The notes below the pieces were generated by a model. That model was given only the letters and a program-made list of their open reading frames with translations, did no database searches and had not been told where the DNA came from. The position numbers and the translations under genes are program-made. DNA of 62,270 nucleotides, the filler included, from Hausera hauseri (lineage: Eukaryota): NCBI GenBank assembly GCA_046269625.1. It is 11 parts of 11 records of this genome, joined end to end, with 100 filler letters (N's around TTAATTAATTAA, not from the genome) between each part and the next. Parts side by side here need not be neighbours in the genome. Positions count along the whole stretch, not along the records: positions 1 to 5,610 come from JBJURY010221297.1; positions 5,711 to 10,793 come from JBJURY010341046.1; positions 10,894 to 16,022 come from JBJURY010326272.1; 8 more parts are not named here. One strand, 5' to 3'. Every line of letters begins with the position of its first letter. Position 1 is the stretch's first letter. Positions 1 to 12,654 of this stretch are shown here, piece after piece.

Positions 1-3000
1 ACAAACCGATATAGTTATCATTCTTTATTGAAGTATATGAAGATAGGTTTTCCGTTCTTGTTGGTTGCATTGTGGAATCTTTGTCAATAGGTTCTATCGA
101 AAATACATCTTGAAAGTCTGATCTTTTCATTTCACTAGCACCTTTTTTCCGTCGATTTATCACCTCTTTATGATTATATTGTTTACTTTCTTCTTTTACG
201 TCCTTCCGTTTGTCTTTGATTTCCTTCGTACAACATCTTAAACACAATTAATATTGAAACTTATCATTTTTAGGAAGTGCTTGCCTTACAATTAATTCTG
301 ACCTCTGCACATTTTGTATTTTTTGCTTTTGCTGATCCAAGGATTTATCTAACTCACCTTCGATATTTTCTTTTCTTCTTACTACATCACTCCTTTTTGT
401 CATTACTTTTGAACAGCAGGTGCAATGTTGATATTGTGCTTTTATTATTTCTTCATATGGCAATTTATCTGTTTCAAATATGTTTATACAATGTATCAAC
501 AACTATTCCACTTTCTGTATCATCTGTTTCAGTTCTTGTACCAATGTGTTCATCAATGTTCGCTGCTTTATGTACATCATTATCGTCACCCTTTGTATTG
601 ACTATACAGCACTCACTACACGGTAAGTTTCTTTTAGTTATTTCTCTGTCGGAAACTTTAACTTGCCCATCATCAATATTCTCTTCTTTCGCTTCCCGTT
701 CACTTGTAATGTCAGTCTCTGAAACTCCTTGTTTTTGTTTGGTAATTTTTTTACTAGAATCTTCGACATACCGATTTTCAATTGCATCTTGCTTCTCATC
801 CTTTTCAATTGGCATATCTTCCTGAGTATCTATTGTCTGAACTTTGGATGGCTCTTTTTGATATTGCAATGTACTGGTTCTACAACACGCGCTACATAGT
901 TGTTTTTGTTTACTAGTTTCTTTGCTAGAGTCTTCGACATACCGATTCTCAATCTCATCTTGCTTCTCATCCTTTTCACTTGGCATATCTTCCTGAGTAT
1001 CTATTGTTTGAACTTTGGATGGCTCTTTTTGATATTGCAATGTACTGGTTCTACAACATGCGCTACATGGTTGTTTTTGATTACTGATTTCTTTATTAAA
1101 ATCTGTAGTTTGCAAATTTTTCTTCTCGTCCTGCTTTGCATCTCTTTCACTTGACACATCAGTCTGTATAGCTATTTTCTGACCTTTGGATGATTCTTTT
1201 TGATATTTCAATGCACTGGTTCTACAACACGGACTACATGGTTGCTTCTGTTTACTTATATCTTTACTAGAATCTCTAACATACCAATTATCAATTACAT
1301 CTAGCTTCGAATCCATTTCTCTTGGTAGATCAGTTTGTATATCCATTTTCTGAACTTTGGGTTCTTCTTTGTGATGTTGCATTGAACTTGTTCTACAACA
1401 AGGGCTACACGGTTGTTTTTGTTTGCCAAATTCTTTACTAGAATCGTTAATGTATAGATCATCAATAGCATGTTGCTTGTCATCTCTTTCACTTGATAAA
1501 TCTGTTTGTATTCCCGTTCTCTGAACTTTTAACGCTTCTTTCTGATATTCCAATGCTTTGGTTCTGCAACACGGACTACATGGTTGTTTTTGTTTACTAA
1601 TTTCTTTACTAGAATCTTTGACATACTGATTTTTAATTGCACCTTGCTTCTCATCCTTTTCACTTGACATATCCTCCGGAGTATCTATTCCCTGAACTTT
1701 GGATGACTCTTTTTGATACTGCAATGTATCGGTTGTACAACAAGGGCTACATGGTTGCTTGTTTTTAATTATTTCGCTATCAGAAACTTTTACCATCCAA
1801 TCATCAACAATATCTTGAATCTTATCTATTTCAGTTGAAATATCTGATTGTATATCTGTTCTCTGAACTTCGGATGGTTCTTTCTGATATATCAAAGTAT
1901 TGGTTCTACAACATACGCTACACGGTTCGTGTTGCTGAACTGTTTGTATATAATCATTTTCAGAATCATTCACATCTTTTCGATAGTATATTGTGCTTGT
2001 TTGACAACACGCACTACATGGTTGAATTACATCGTAATCCACTTTTTTAATTTTTTGATCATCAGATGTATCTACATCATTTAGCTTCATATCTGTTTTG
2101 TCTACTATTTCTCTCTGTGTTTCAATGATTTCCTCTTTATACATATCCCTCTGTTCATGCTCTATACAAACATTACAACATTTACTACAAGGCCGTTTCT
2201 GTTTACTAACCCCTTTGTTTGACATTTTCATATGATCTTGGTCATACTCCTTTTTCATATCATAAAAATCTCTTTGATTGCATATTGTACATACTGTGCA
2301 GCATTTGCAACATGGTTCTCTCGGCTTATATTTATCATGAGCTGTCTTTTGTATTCGCTGATTATCTACAGTGTCAGCATACTGTTGACTATCTTTTCCT
2401 TTAACTAAACTATTTGGTTGAGTTTTTTCCGCATCAAATACATCCTTCTCAATTTCCATTATACTGGCTGTACAACACTTACTACAAGTCGACTTTTGTT
2501 TTGTTTTAGATTTCCTTGTATCGTGCATATAACTGACATCCAGTACATTAAGAACATTTTGTTTGATTTGATCGTCACTTGACTTACCTATATCGGCTTC
2601 TGTTATTTCTACTTTGTCTTCGTCTTTCTGAATATATATTTTCCTAGTTGTACAACACTTACTGCATGGTGGTTTTTCTTCACTCGTGTCTTTTATTTGA
2701 TGACCATCATAAAAACCGATTTCTTTTTGTTTTGCATCTACATCGAGTGATGTGCAACACAAACAACATGGATGTTCATGTGACTCAACAGTTTTATTCC
2801 TTTTTCTATATTCTTTAGTGGTATATTCGTTCTGACTATCTGATTTAAACATGGGATTGCTTTTTTCATCTAACTCCACATTTATTGATTTTGCAGCTTT
2901 TTGATCATAACCACGAGGACAACAAGTAGACATCGCACAAGGCCGTTGACAAATTGAGCATCTTTCATGTTCTTTACTTCTAGCATGTTCGCTTTGAGTG

Positions 3001-5610
3001 TCGTTGATTGCTTTATCATTTTTATCACTGGATAATGTTTTTGACGTATCTTTATCTTCAACTGTCTTTACATAACCTAGTGCTTGATTTTTATACTTGC
3101 ATTTAACACAGGATCTCGAACAGCAGGGAGATTCAGTTTTACCTTTGTCACTTTCTTCTGCATTAGTATCTCTAGCAATCTGCTTAATTTTATGTGAACC
3201 TTCATACGTTTCTTTATCTTTCGTACATGTGCTAGAACAAAAGTAACAATCGCTTGCACAACTTTTCTTATTCTTAGATCTAATTACACCCTTAGTAACA
3301 CGGTCGTTATCATCTGCATTTGAAGGTGAAGTTAACTGATCTACCTTGTTCTGGTCCTCTATTCTATCGATGGATGCTAGAGTACATAGTTTACAACTAC
3401 CCCTCTTGATGTCTTTGTTTTGTTTGTCTGTTTGAGAAAGTGGTGACGTATCTGAATAAAATGTGCAGCAAATGCATTGTATGATTGACAACAAATGCAA
3501 GGAGGCAATGCCATTTTATTTTTTGAAGTTTCTCATAGACTTCAGATAATGCTTCTACTTTGGTATGTTCTTTATGACTATACAATATAGCATCTTTTTG
3601 TTTCTCTGCTTCTTCATGTTGTTTCTCAATTTCCAGATGTTGTTCGTCTGCTTCCAGCTTCTTTGATTCAATCTGGATGACTAATTCTTTCTTATGAATG
3701 TCTTGCCCTTCGTCAGATTGATTTCGTTTGAATAAAGTTGAACGGTATTCAGGGCAACACATACAATGTAATTGATTACAACATGACTTACATCTTGGTT
3801 CTTCAACTCTGTCTTCCGATTTTAAATTCGATGCATAACTGGACACAACATTTCCTTCAAGTTTCATATCTGAACCTTTTATATCGGATGATTTCGTTTC
3901 AGTTTTTGTACGATCCAAATTAGGATCGGGCGATTTGGAACCATCTTCTAAATAGATACTGTCAGGAGTAGAGTCAGGTTTACCATCGAATGACGTTTTT
4001 CTGTTAACATCTGAATAACATCTATAACACAAACGATTGCAACATTTACTGGATGTTTGTTTTTGATGAAGTGCCAATTCATGAGGTCGATGTCGATTTT
4101 CGTAGGAAGAATCAAATTCCGGCACACGGTGACTAGCTTGCTTTGATAAAGATTGATCTTCCTTATCTAAAGATAGTATTCGTTTTGAAGGCTCATGCCA
4201 AGACTCCAATTTTGAATCAGTGCTGGATGTTAATTTTTGATTATCAACACTTTGCTTTTCTCGAGTTCTATCATCTACTTTTGCACACATTTTGCAACAA
4301 GTCTTTTTATCTCCTTTGCTTTTAATAAGGTCTTCATTATCTACTTTCGAAACACCGGATCCGTGTTCGATTAACTTTTTTACTTTTGCATCTTTTCTGA
4401 TTGATGCTTCATTGTACTTTTTTGAGTCTTCATCAACAGGTTTTCTACCCGTTTTATCAGGCATTTGTAAATTGATTTTATTTGTATAAGGCATCATATT
4501 TTGTCGCGGGTTTTGCAGCAGATATTCCATTTGCTGCAAATAGAAACTTTTCGTTTATCACCAATTTTAAAAAATTTCGGTTTCAATATCTGCAAATTCT
4601 TCATTCGGTTGATCAATTTTCTTCATTTTTAATTCTGATAGTTGGAATCGTAATGCAGCATTTGCATGGACGGTCATACGTTTTCTGGTCTTTACCACTT
4701 TGTAATAACTCTTCATGACATTTTTCACAAAGAATTGGATTCCGGTTTGTAAGCAAGAGATCTGTTTCAGATTTACGTTTTCGTTGTTCTGCGATTTCAC
4801 GTTTTTCATTTGGTACATTAACTACCTTTAGTGGCTTTGGTTGTTTACTTGACAACTGTTTTTGAGTTGCCAAATTTCTAGATACAAATGGTTTTGTTGC
4901 ATATTTCGGTTTTGGTTTTTGACGCAATGGCCCTAATTTTTCATGTCGAATTTTACCGACGTTTAATTTCGCTGGACTCGATATAACAGGAATTTTACTT
5001 TGCTTGATTGGCTTGATTACCTTTTCGTCAGTTGATTCGTATTCCTTGTTTTCAATATTTGATAATATCAACTGATGGCATTTTTCACAATATACGTTCA
5101 CATATTTTATTTGCTTTTCTTTAATAACCATCACAGTTTTTGGTGATTCTTTTGAATCCCCATTCAATTTATCAAGCTTCGATTTGTCATCTGACTGGTC
5201 GGGAATGTTTCGTTTAGCCGCACCTTTCGTAACACTTTTTGCACATGTGTCTTTAGATCTCGGGCTAACTGAAATAATTGACCTGACTAAAGAATCCGGA
5301 CGTTTTGGTGGGCTTTCGTTTTTCTTTGGTGCTCTTTTACAGATTTCATAACGTTTTTTCTTATTTGTTTCACTTTCTTTTTCATTAATATAAACATGAT
5401 ATTTATATAATTTTTCAACAACAGTCATGGAATTATCAAGCATTACTTTTTTTACATCCATATTCAAACTTTTGAAAAATTCAACAATAACTTCATTTAT
5501 TTGATCGTGAATATCCAAGCAATTGATTACGTAACGAATTGAAAGAACCTGTCGTAGATCATTCATTGTGATTAAATTCCAAATGTTGTTTTCAAACACC
5601 TGATTGAAAA
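1..5610 (-). pseudogene. Large K/E/D/Q-rich protein with ~20 CxxCC motifs, split by several frameshifts (ORFs 4613-5599, 3397-4539, 474-3500, 248-502); open at both ends
   Basis: The CxxCC motif continues across frame changes (PPCICCQS then IQCICCTFYSD near 3480-3520; CKCCIT...ICSKWNICCK near 4510-4670). Composition is the same throughout. No domain recognised. Confidence 0.6.
735..1935 (-). repeat. Coding tandem repeat, 7 units with a 171-bp (57-aa) period, each with a (Q/E)PCSxCCRT-type motif
   Basis: The anchor T(A/G)CAAC recurs at 881, 1052, 1223, 1394, 1565, 1736 and 1907, an exact 171-bp spacing. Confidence 0.9.
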
Positions 5611-5710
5611 NNNNNNNNNNNNNNNNNNNNNNNNNNNNNNNNNNNNNNNNNNNNTTAATTAATTAANNNNNNNNNNNNNNNNNNNNNNNNNNNNNNNNNN
5701 NNNNNNNNNN
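5611..5710. other. Artificial contig linker 44N-TTAATTAATTAA-44N; also at 10794, 16023, 20350, 30879, 35481, 44790, 49229, 53631 and 57806
   Basis: Ten identical 100-bp spacers with stop codons in all six frames, typical of concatenated unplaced contigs. Confidence 0.97.
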
Positions 5711-5721
5711 GCATAAGGTTA

Positions 5722-6198
5722 ATGATAATGAATGATGTAAGGATTATCTTAACAGACGAAAATGCCTTTGTACCGAGACGTGTTACAGCAAACAGTGCAG
5801 GCTACCATGTGTTTTCCAATGTCAATACGACAATTTCGGACAACACAATCAAATGCATAACGACTGGGATTCGATTGGTGATTCCATCCGGTTACTACGG
5901 CCAACTTATATCGAAAAGTGAACAGGCAGAGATCGGACTGACGGTTATGGGCAGCGGCGGTGTAATTAATTCAGACTTTCGTCGTGAAATTAAGGTGTTG
6001 CTGGAAAACCAATCCGGGGAACCGTATGCTTTTTCGAAAGACAGTGCAATACCACAAATCGTTTTTCTTCGCTGTGAAGAGGTGGAATTCAGTGTAATGT
6101 CACAGGAACAATGGAGATTGTTTTGCGTCAATGAAACGACACAAAATGAACGCAAAGAATTTGGCTTTGGTGATATGGACAAAATCATCTATGTTTAA
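5722..6198 (+). CDS. Trimeric dUTPase-family protein with degenerate motifs, probably Polinton/virus-associated
   Basis: All five motifs are recognisable but altered: SAGYH, KSE, GVINSDFRREI, IPQ and ERKEFGFG. Confidence 0.85.
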   Translation: MIMNDVRIILTDENAFVPRRVTANSAGYHVFSNVNTTISDNTIKCITTGIRLVIPSGYYGQLISKSEQAEIGLTVMGSGGVINSDFRREIKVLLENQSGEPYAFSKDSAIPQIVFLRCEEVEFSVMSQEQWRLFCVNETTQNERKEFGFGDMDKIIYV

Positions 6199-6719
6199 TG
6201 ATTGTGATAATAATAATATTACTTAGTTGTTTTGCTTGTTTTATAAACAAAAAATGATTTTGTACCTGATAAGCAATGGCGACAGGATTTATAGATATTG
6301 AAGCAATCCAAGATGATAGTGCCTGGTACCTGATAAAGAAATTATGCATTATGAACGTCGTAACATGTTCGAACCGCTTGTGCACATATTCAAGCCCGGT
6401 ATTGTGTGGAAAGACCTGACGGAAAAAGCGGAAATTACAAATGGATTTCTCTTTCGACATCGTCTTGGACTTCATTGGTGCGAAGGCAATTCAAGGTCAG
6501 TTAAAAAGCTATAACATTTTGGCCGTAGAAATATCCATTCCTGATACTGAAGCCGACCTTTATTCACTATTGTTTCTCGTAACATTAAGTTAAATAGATA
6601 AATTAAATGATAATAAAACAAAAGGCAAAACAACGAATAATATACATTATTTATACAAAACAAACAGATTACAATGAATTGTAACAGTAATTTGATCTGT
6701 CTGCACCGAATTCATGCGT

Positions 6720-9700
6720 GCGTGTTTTATTCCAAACACTAATGCCCGTACGCTCAACTCTTATTTCGCCCCACCCACTTACGCTTATAATCATTGCATG
6801 ATAAAGCGACTTTTGTATTTGTCGCCATGTACAGTTGGTGCTCAATCGATCGGATGATCGTTTGTGACACAACAGCCTTTGATTGTCCTTCTTCATCTTC
6901 ATAGATACGGCGATAATCACCGTGGTTTATCTCCGTCTGAACCAAATGAACTCCTTTGGTGCACATTTTCGGTCCACCGTCAGTTAAAAGATTATAACAT
7001 TTTGGCTGTAGAAATATCCATTCTCAATACTGAATCAAAGCTTCACTTTCATCCTTAAAGCAGACGATTTTGTTGGTGATCGCGCTGCTGTACAACGGAT
7101 GATCTGGTGGATAGTTCGACGTGTCCAGTAATCCGTCTGACTGCATTTGCTACAGTAGCTGTTCGCGATTGACTTTTTTCAGCCGCAAGAAAAAACTGTC
7201 TGTATCACCGGCAATTATACTAATGTCACAGCCGTCAAACATTTGCCATTAACGTGCCAAATCGCGATACTGTAGCTCATACATCCGCAACGTACTCAGG
7301 TCCAATACCACTTGTCCGATGTAACTTGGCCGGTCCAGAACGACTTCTTCTCTGTTTAACAGCACCGCAGCCAGTCCATCGGCAATGTGCATTGACCGCC
7401 GAAACTACGCCTTACTTGTGTACGTGACCAACCGCTTTTCGATATTGCATAGGCGTACATTGAGCCGCTTTTTCAAATTCTCCACTGCTTTTCCGTACAC
7501 AGAATTGTTTTTCAGCTTGTAGTAATCCTTTTCGAACTTTGTATAAGTTGCGGCTTGTTTCTCCGAATTTCCATCTATGTACGACTTGAATATTGGAGCC
7601 TGAGTAAATCGGATTGCACGATGCAGCTGTGTGACGCGTACACCGAGGTGCATGTAAAACTTTAGCAGACGCCAATAAACTATGTAATTCAACTTTGGTT
7701 CATGCGTCATGAGAAGTTTCTTCGCTTTTGAGCCTGGCGGACATTGGTTAAATGGTGTGACCGTAAATCGTCCAAAACGTCATTCAGCTTATCTGGTACC
7801 ACGAAATCGACCTCCATCAGGATTCGTACTGAGCCTTCCATGTCTGCTCGTGGCAGGTTGACTATTATGTCGTCCAGATCTTGTCTGTCGACAACCCATT
7901 CGAATAAACCGTACGGCAAGGGTTGTGAAAGCGCCCAGCTATACAGGTTATTGATATCAATATACAGCAGTGATGTGGTATCGGTAGCAATGACCTGATG
8001 CTTGTTGACAAATGTCATGCCGCCGCGAATGCCAACATCAAACAGCCGGTACATTTCCGGGTCTTGCAGCAGCTCAATGCCTCGATCCAGTGACATTAGA
8101 GCTGACGCCCAACTCATTTCCGGTATGGAATAAAAGTTGAGCGCTCCAGCTTATCTTCAGCCAACGCTTTCACTGGAAACGCTTGGAACACATCAGCTAA
8201 TAAGCACACGTCCAGTTTAAGATACTGGAGAATGTAATCCAACATATTTCTATAGCCGAGTTCTGTCCAACACCTCTGTGCTTTCCGGTATTCATCCTCT
8301 GCGATACCTGTCCATTGCGGCGGTAATTCCTCTGCTGTCTGGAGTCGCTCATATGATGTTGCAATGTCATATGAAAATATGCCTTTGCTGCGTGCAATAT
8401 GTGCAGGGAACTGCGTCAGTGCTATTGGCACATCTGGCAAGGCATTTACCAGCTTGGTCAATGATTCATTGAGAAATATCAATGAATCAATGAAGCGTAC
8501 CTGGAACCGGTTTATACGAGCAAACAGTGACAGGTATTTCTCCATCGTAGTCGGAATTATGGATAGTTCCCAGTGAGGAAATCCGTTTATTGTCCATTTC
8601 AAAATATGGTGACAATCATAACCCCTGCACTTATGAAATACCACCGGTAAGAATGGCCGCACACCTTGCGAATTGCATGAATTACATTCTGCTCCGAGAA
8701 ATCCACCAGTAAAATAATCGTAATTCGGTACGAGCTGTTCCAGTGCGTCAAGCGGCAATATTTTGTGGCACAGGTAACATTCATTTGTGACTGCAAACGT
8801 CAGGCGTTCATCTTCATCTGTTTACGTCAAGGGTTTATTGCTATTTCTACTGTACCAGGGTGCGATTTCAGTTTCCACTATGGTTTGCAACTGTTGCAAG
8901 AAATCGCGTACACAATTCCATCCGTGGGAAACATAATATTGAGGTTGATCTGCGGCTTTTATTTGGACAACCAACATACCGACGGCGATTGGAACATGTT
9001 TTTGTTCATATATGCTGTGCCGTGGTAAAATAGCTTCGATATCGGCATATATTACATATGCCGGACTGTCTGTTTTTGATCAATCAGTGAACCTGAGTTC
9101 CTGTTTTACAGGCATGACATACATTGTGTTCCTGACGAATTTTGTCTGCACCGAGTCACATGTTTCTCCCATGTTGTTTCCAACCTAAATCCATGAAGAC
9201 ATACAGGACACCATTTACACTGTATTCGTTTTTGGAGGAAATGGTCATGCTCCATGTTTAGTAGTCTGCCCAGATTTTTCACTGAAACGTAATGGTACTT
9301 TTCTTTTTGTTCCAGTAGCAACAAATTTACTAAGCGGTCATTTGGGTTCCGACTACGATAAATTTTATCCACATGAGGATTTTTGTAAATTTCTTCACCC
9401 CCGGTATTTCTACGATTATGTTGTAGCGGAACGCGTTGATTGCTAGTATCCGATTATGCCGTTCAAAAGCCGGGATGGATTTCAGTTTCAAATCCAATTC
9501 GGAAAAATATTTCTGAGATGCACTATGTCTGTCCACTTCGTCATATCTCAGTACCGCCAGAATACTGTAAAGAAAACAGTATTCATCGTTAGTATTTTTT
9601 TTACATTCACTACCACCAGAGACTGCTTCAGAGCTGCAGGTGTCGGTATGTATGATCGTCCAGACAAATATATTATGTCACTCGATTTTGTTATGATAAA

Positions 9701-10200
9701 GCCGAGGGTGACAATTCGTATAAATCGTCATTCACTGCCCTTTTTCGTGTAGTTGGCAATTTTCTCGAGCTTTTCGCCTATATCGACAGTAAAATCTTCG
9801 GCATATAGTACAGCTCGATGTGACAGGTACCATTGTTTCCTGTCACCTTCAACGTTTTTAAATTCTGCAAGTGCATAATATTGCACTTTGCAGTGATGTT
9901 GGAATTTCGCCAATTCTGATTTCAACCGGTTGCGGACATCTTGCAGAACATGTCTCAATTGCGTTGTTGTTAATGTTTTCGTCGACATCTGTTCAGATCG
10001 TACTTGACATTAATGTCGGGTTCCTGTTGTATCTGTTCCTCTTGTTGTTGCTGTTCCTGCTGACCCTGCTGTTGCTCTTCTTCTTCTTGCAGCTCGGCAC
10101 TGGTTCTGATGTATTTGTCCAGACTTGTTGATGCCTTACGTTTCCTACTGGTTGTTTTTGTTGTTGTTGAAGGGATTCTGCTGATTTTTGTTGATTCCAT
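6720..10200 (-). mobile_element. Polinton/Maverick (adintovirus-like) protein-primed DNA polymerase B, fragmented by stops and frameshifts
   Basis: N-terminal GSE*...SYIPTP...NVKNTNDEYCFLYSILA. Endonuclease VII-like and exonuclease region (TGGFLGAECNSCN, PVVFH..RGYDCH, RFIDSL, YLKLDVCLLADVF). Polymerase motifs GIRGG, YIDINNLY, KLKNNSVYGK and GDTDS. C-terminal TKGV...IRSIEHQLY..KVALSCNDYKR. Confidence 0.9.
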
Positions 10201-10230
10201 TAATATTAATTCTATCGACTACCGCTGAAA

Positions 10231-10617
10231 CTAGTTTAAGTGGTCCTGGTGCTCATTGTAAAATTGTTCATAGTTGATTTCATCAACTATTGAACAACCG
10301 GGAAGAATATAGACCCGTTTACCGTGCACCATTGTGGCGCCATAGTATTGCTCCATTGCACTATGGTAACTATCAATGTCGTGCACTGTACTTGTACAGT
10401 ACCGTGGGTACACGGGGCAATGCACTAACATCATCTTCTTCGACAGTGTAAACGGTCCGAGATGATGCTTGTGCATCTCATAAAAATTGGGGTACGGACA
10501 TTGGACTGAGATATTACACGTTGGACACAGATATGTGTCAATTCCAACGTTGTAATATTTCGCTATCTCTTGATGGCACTGTTCTGCTTCCTCACGTATG
10601 CGAGAGACGCAGTACAT
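10231..10617 (-). CDS. Unknown 128-aa Cys/His/Tyr-rich protein upstream of and co-oriented with PolB
   Basis: Intact ATG-to-stop ORF with CPTC and HCP..C; GC content similar to the PolB region. Confidence 0.45.
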   Translation of the reverse strand: MYCVSRIREEAEQCHQEIAKYYNVGIDTYLCPTCNISVQCPYPNFYEMHKHHLGPFTLSKKMMLVHCPVYPRYCTSTVHDIDSYHSAMEQYYGATMVHGKRVYILPGCSIVDEINYEQFYNEHQDHLN

Positions 10618-10893
10618 AGGATATTGTGAACATTTCTAAATTTAAACAAATTAAAGTAAATGTTAACTCTAAATTGAAAACATTAAATACAATTATATAA
10701 TAATTTGATATACACTAACTTATTTCTTTTACGCAAGTATAAACATATCAGCCATATTACATATTAAAACTTAAATGGAAGAGTACATTGAGANNNNNNN
10801 NNNNNNNNNNNNNNNNNNNNNNNNNNNNNNNNNNNNNTTAATTAATTAANNNNNNNNNNNNNNNNNNNNNNNNNNNNNNNNNNNNNNNNNNNN

Positions 10894-11490
10894 CTTACGC
10901 ATAGGGACGGTCTACCGTTCTCGGATAGACAGATTGTGCCTTACTTATAAAAGATATTTTAACGTTATTGCGGGTACCTGCGTGCGGTCTCGTGCGTAAT
11001 TTACTCAGACTCTAGTCTTAACTATATATATTACACTCGAATTTTAAAACTTAATGTGTTGCCAAACCACTTTTAAAAAGCGGTGAAAAACTATATATAA
11101 TTTTAACGGACAATCACAAACCCTTTATTAGCAATAACAAATTACCAAGAAAAACGGATTACAGAGTACGAATATCAATAAGAACCACGAAGTCTGTCTT
11201 TCAAAAATTGGAGAGCCAATCTCTTTTAATCTCCTGACGTTTCTCACTTGATAAAGTCACTTCTTTTCTGTTCTTCTCAATTTTCCAAATACTTTTACAC
11301 TCGTACGATTCTACAAGCTGCTTCAATTATTCTATTTTATTTCCCCTTTTTACAATAAATTTTCTATATACCACTATTACCACGTTCTAATAACTGTTAC
11401 CACATATTCTATGTACATAAAATTTCCTTCAGTGTTTTATTATTATATACATTAATTTTCCTTGCAGTATTTTATTACTCAATTTCCTCT
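10894..11490 (-). mobile_element. Probable 3' UTR/LTR of the minus-strand Gypsy element
   Basis: A purine tract (GGGAGAGAGGAAA on minus, ~11483-11495) follows the last ORF. The region is non-coding with a TATA-like motif near 10945. No second LTR is available for comparison. Confidence 0.35.
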
Positions 11491-11519
11491 CTCCCACACT
11501 GTTTATGTCGATTTAATTA

Positions 11520-12650
11520 TTAATTCAGGCCATCTGACGCACTGGCGGTCGACATAACACTGTCAGTATTTTCTAAAATTTCTCCCTGAACGTCACTCTC
11601 GGATGAGCCCATTGCGTCAGAAGAGGTGACGTTATAACGTGGCAGTCTCAGGAGGCCGAGTCGTCGACTTAAACCCGTTTCTGAATTTGTATCAGTCTGA
11701 TTGCTTTGGGAATTTGTTTCTAATTTGTAGCTGTAATGTGGCTTTATACGGACCACTCGGGTGTAGCTACCATTGGAAAAATATTTCAGATCAGTTGCTT
11801 GGGCTCTGCACACCGGACATATGGTCTTGCCATTATCTAATGTCCATTTCTCTAAGCAGTCCCGACAATATTTGTGTCGACAATCTAAATTGCTCAGAAT
11901 TACATATCCTTGTTTAAGGTCTGCTTCTCATACGGGAAACTCGTTCTCCTCTTTTTCCCATTTTTCATCATATAAGTCTACTCGTGTCGTGAGTTCAAGG
12001 GGTTCAAACACAAGACCGTCTTCGTCTTGGTACAAATAGCCATATATCCTTTTGTGCCGGGTGTTTATGAAGCTTTTCTTTGGATCACAACCTACTGGTA
12101 CGAATATCCAATCGCCTATAGTGTCTCGATCTAGGTAGGGAATCTCAACGGTTATCTGATACCTTTGATATTGTCTCTTTAGCAACGCTTTCACAGTTTT
12201 GTCTACCGGTACTATCAATTTACCATTCGTTTTGATTGGAAGATCGGTATAATATATTTCCCTATTTTCGGATTTTCCCAAATATATGTATTCTCATAAA
12301 CGTCTCGTACTGGTACTACTTTGACAAAAAACATGGCCTCTAATCTTCTGATGACTATAATATTCGGTGGTTACTAACATTTTGGGTTGACCCTCAGCCA
12401 TGGCAAAATGTATGTTATCGTGGGAGTCTTTCTTTCGTAATACATTTATTTCAGTTATTTGTTGTTTGACTCCATCGGTGGACTTCATATATCTTTGTCT
12501 GGAGAAATTTTGAACGATTGCAGACGTCGACGGCGTCTCTCCGGTCTGCATGAATACGGGTTCTGTCTCTGCTTTTGCAGTTTTGTTTATCTTTTTGAAA
12601 AGATTCATAGAGGGATATTTTCGTTTTGTTCTTAGACATTGTGGTTTCAT
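11520..12650 (-). pseudogene. ~376-codon accessory ORF with a RING-HC finger near its C-terminus and two in-frame TGA stops, in the Gypsy 3' region
   Basis: ORFs 12294-12650, 11928-12281 and 11520-11813 share one frame. The read-through gives EFPV*EADL...LDCRHKYCRDCLEKW...ICPVCR. Confidence 0.75.
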
Positions 12651-12654
12651 TTTT

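Noticed and set aside
277-2404. Plus-strand hydrophobic ORFs over the repeat gene
   Set aside because: They are antisense shadows of a K/E/D-rich coding strand.
5655-5666. Recurrent TTAATTAATTAA motif as a biological repeat
   Set aside because: It is always centred in 100-bp N spacers, so it is an assembly linker. Cross-contig synteny, such as one giant virus containing PolB, FEN1, RING and glycoprotein, is unsupported.
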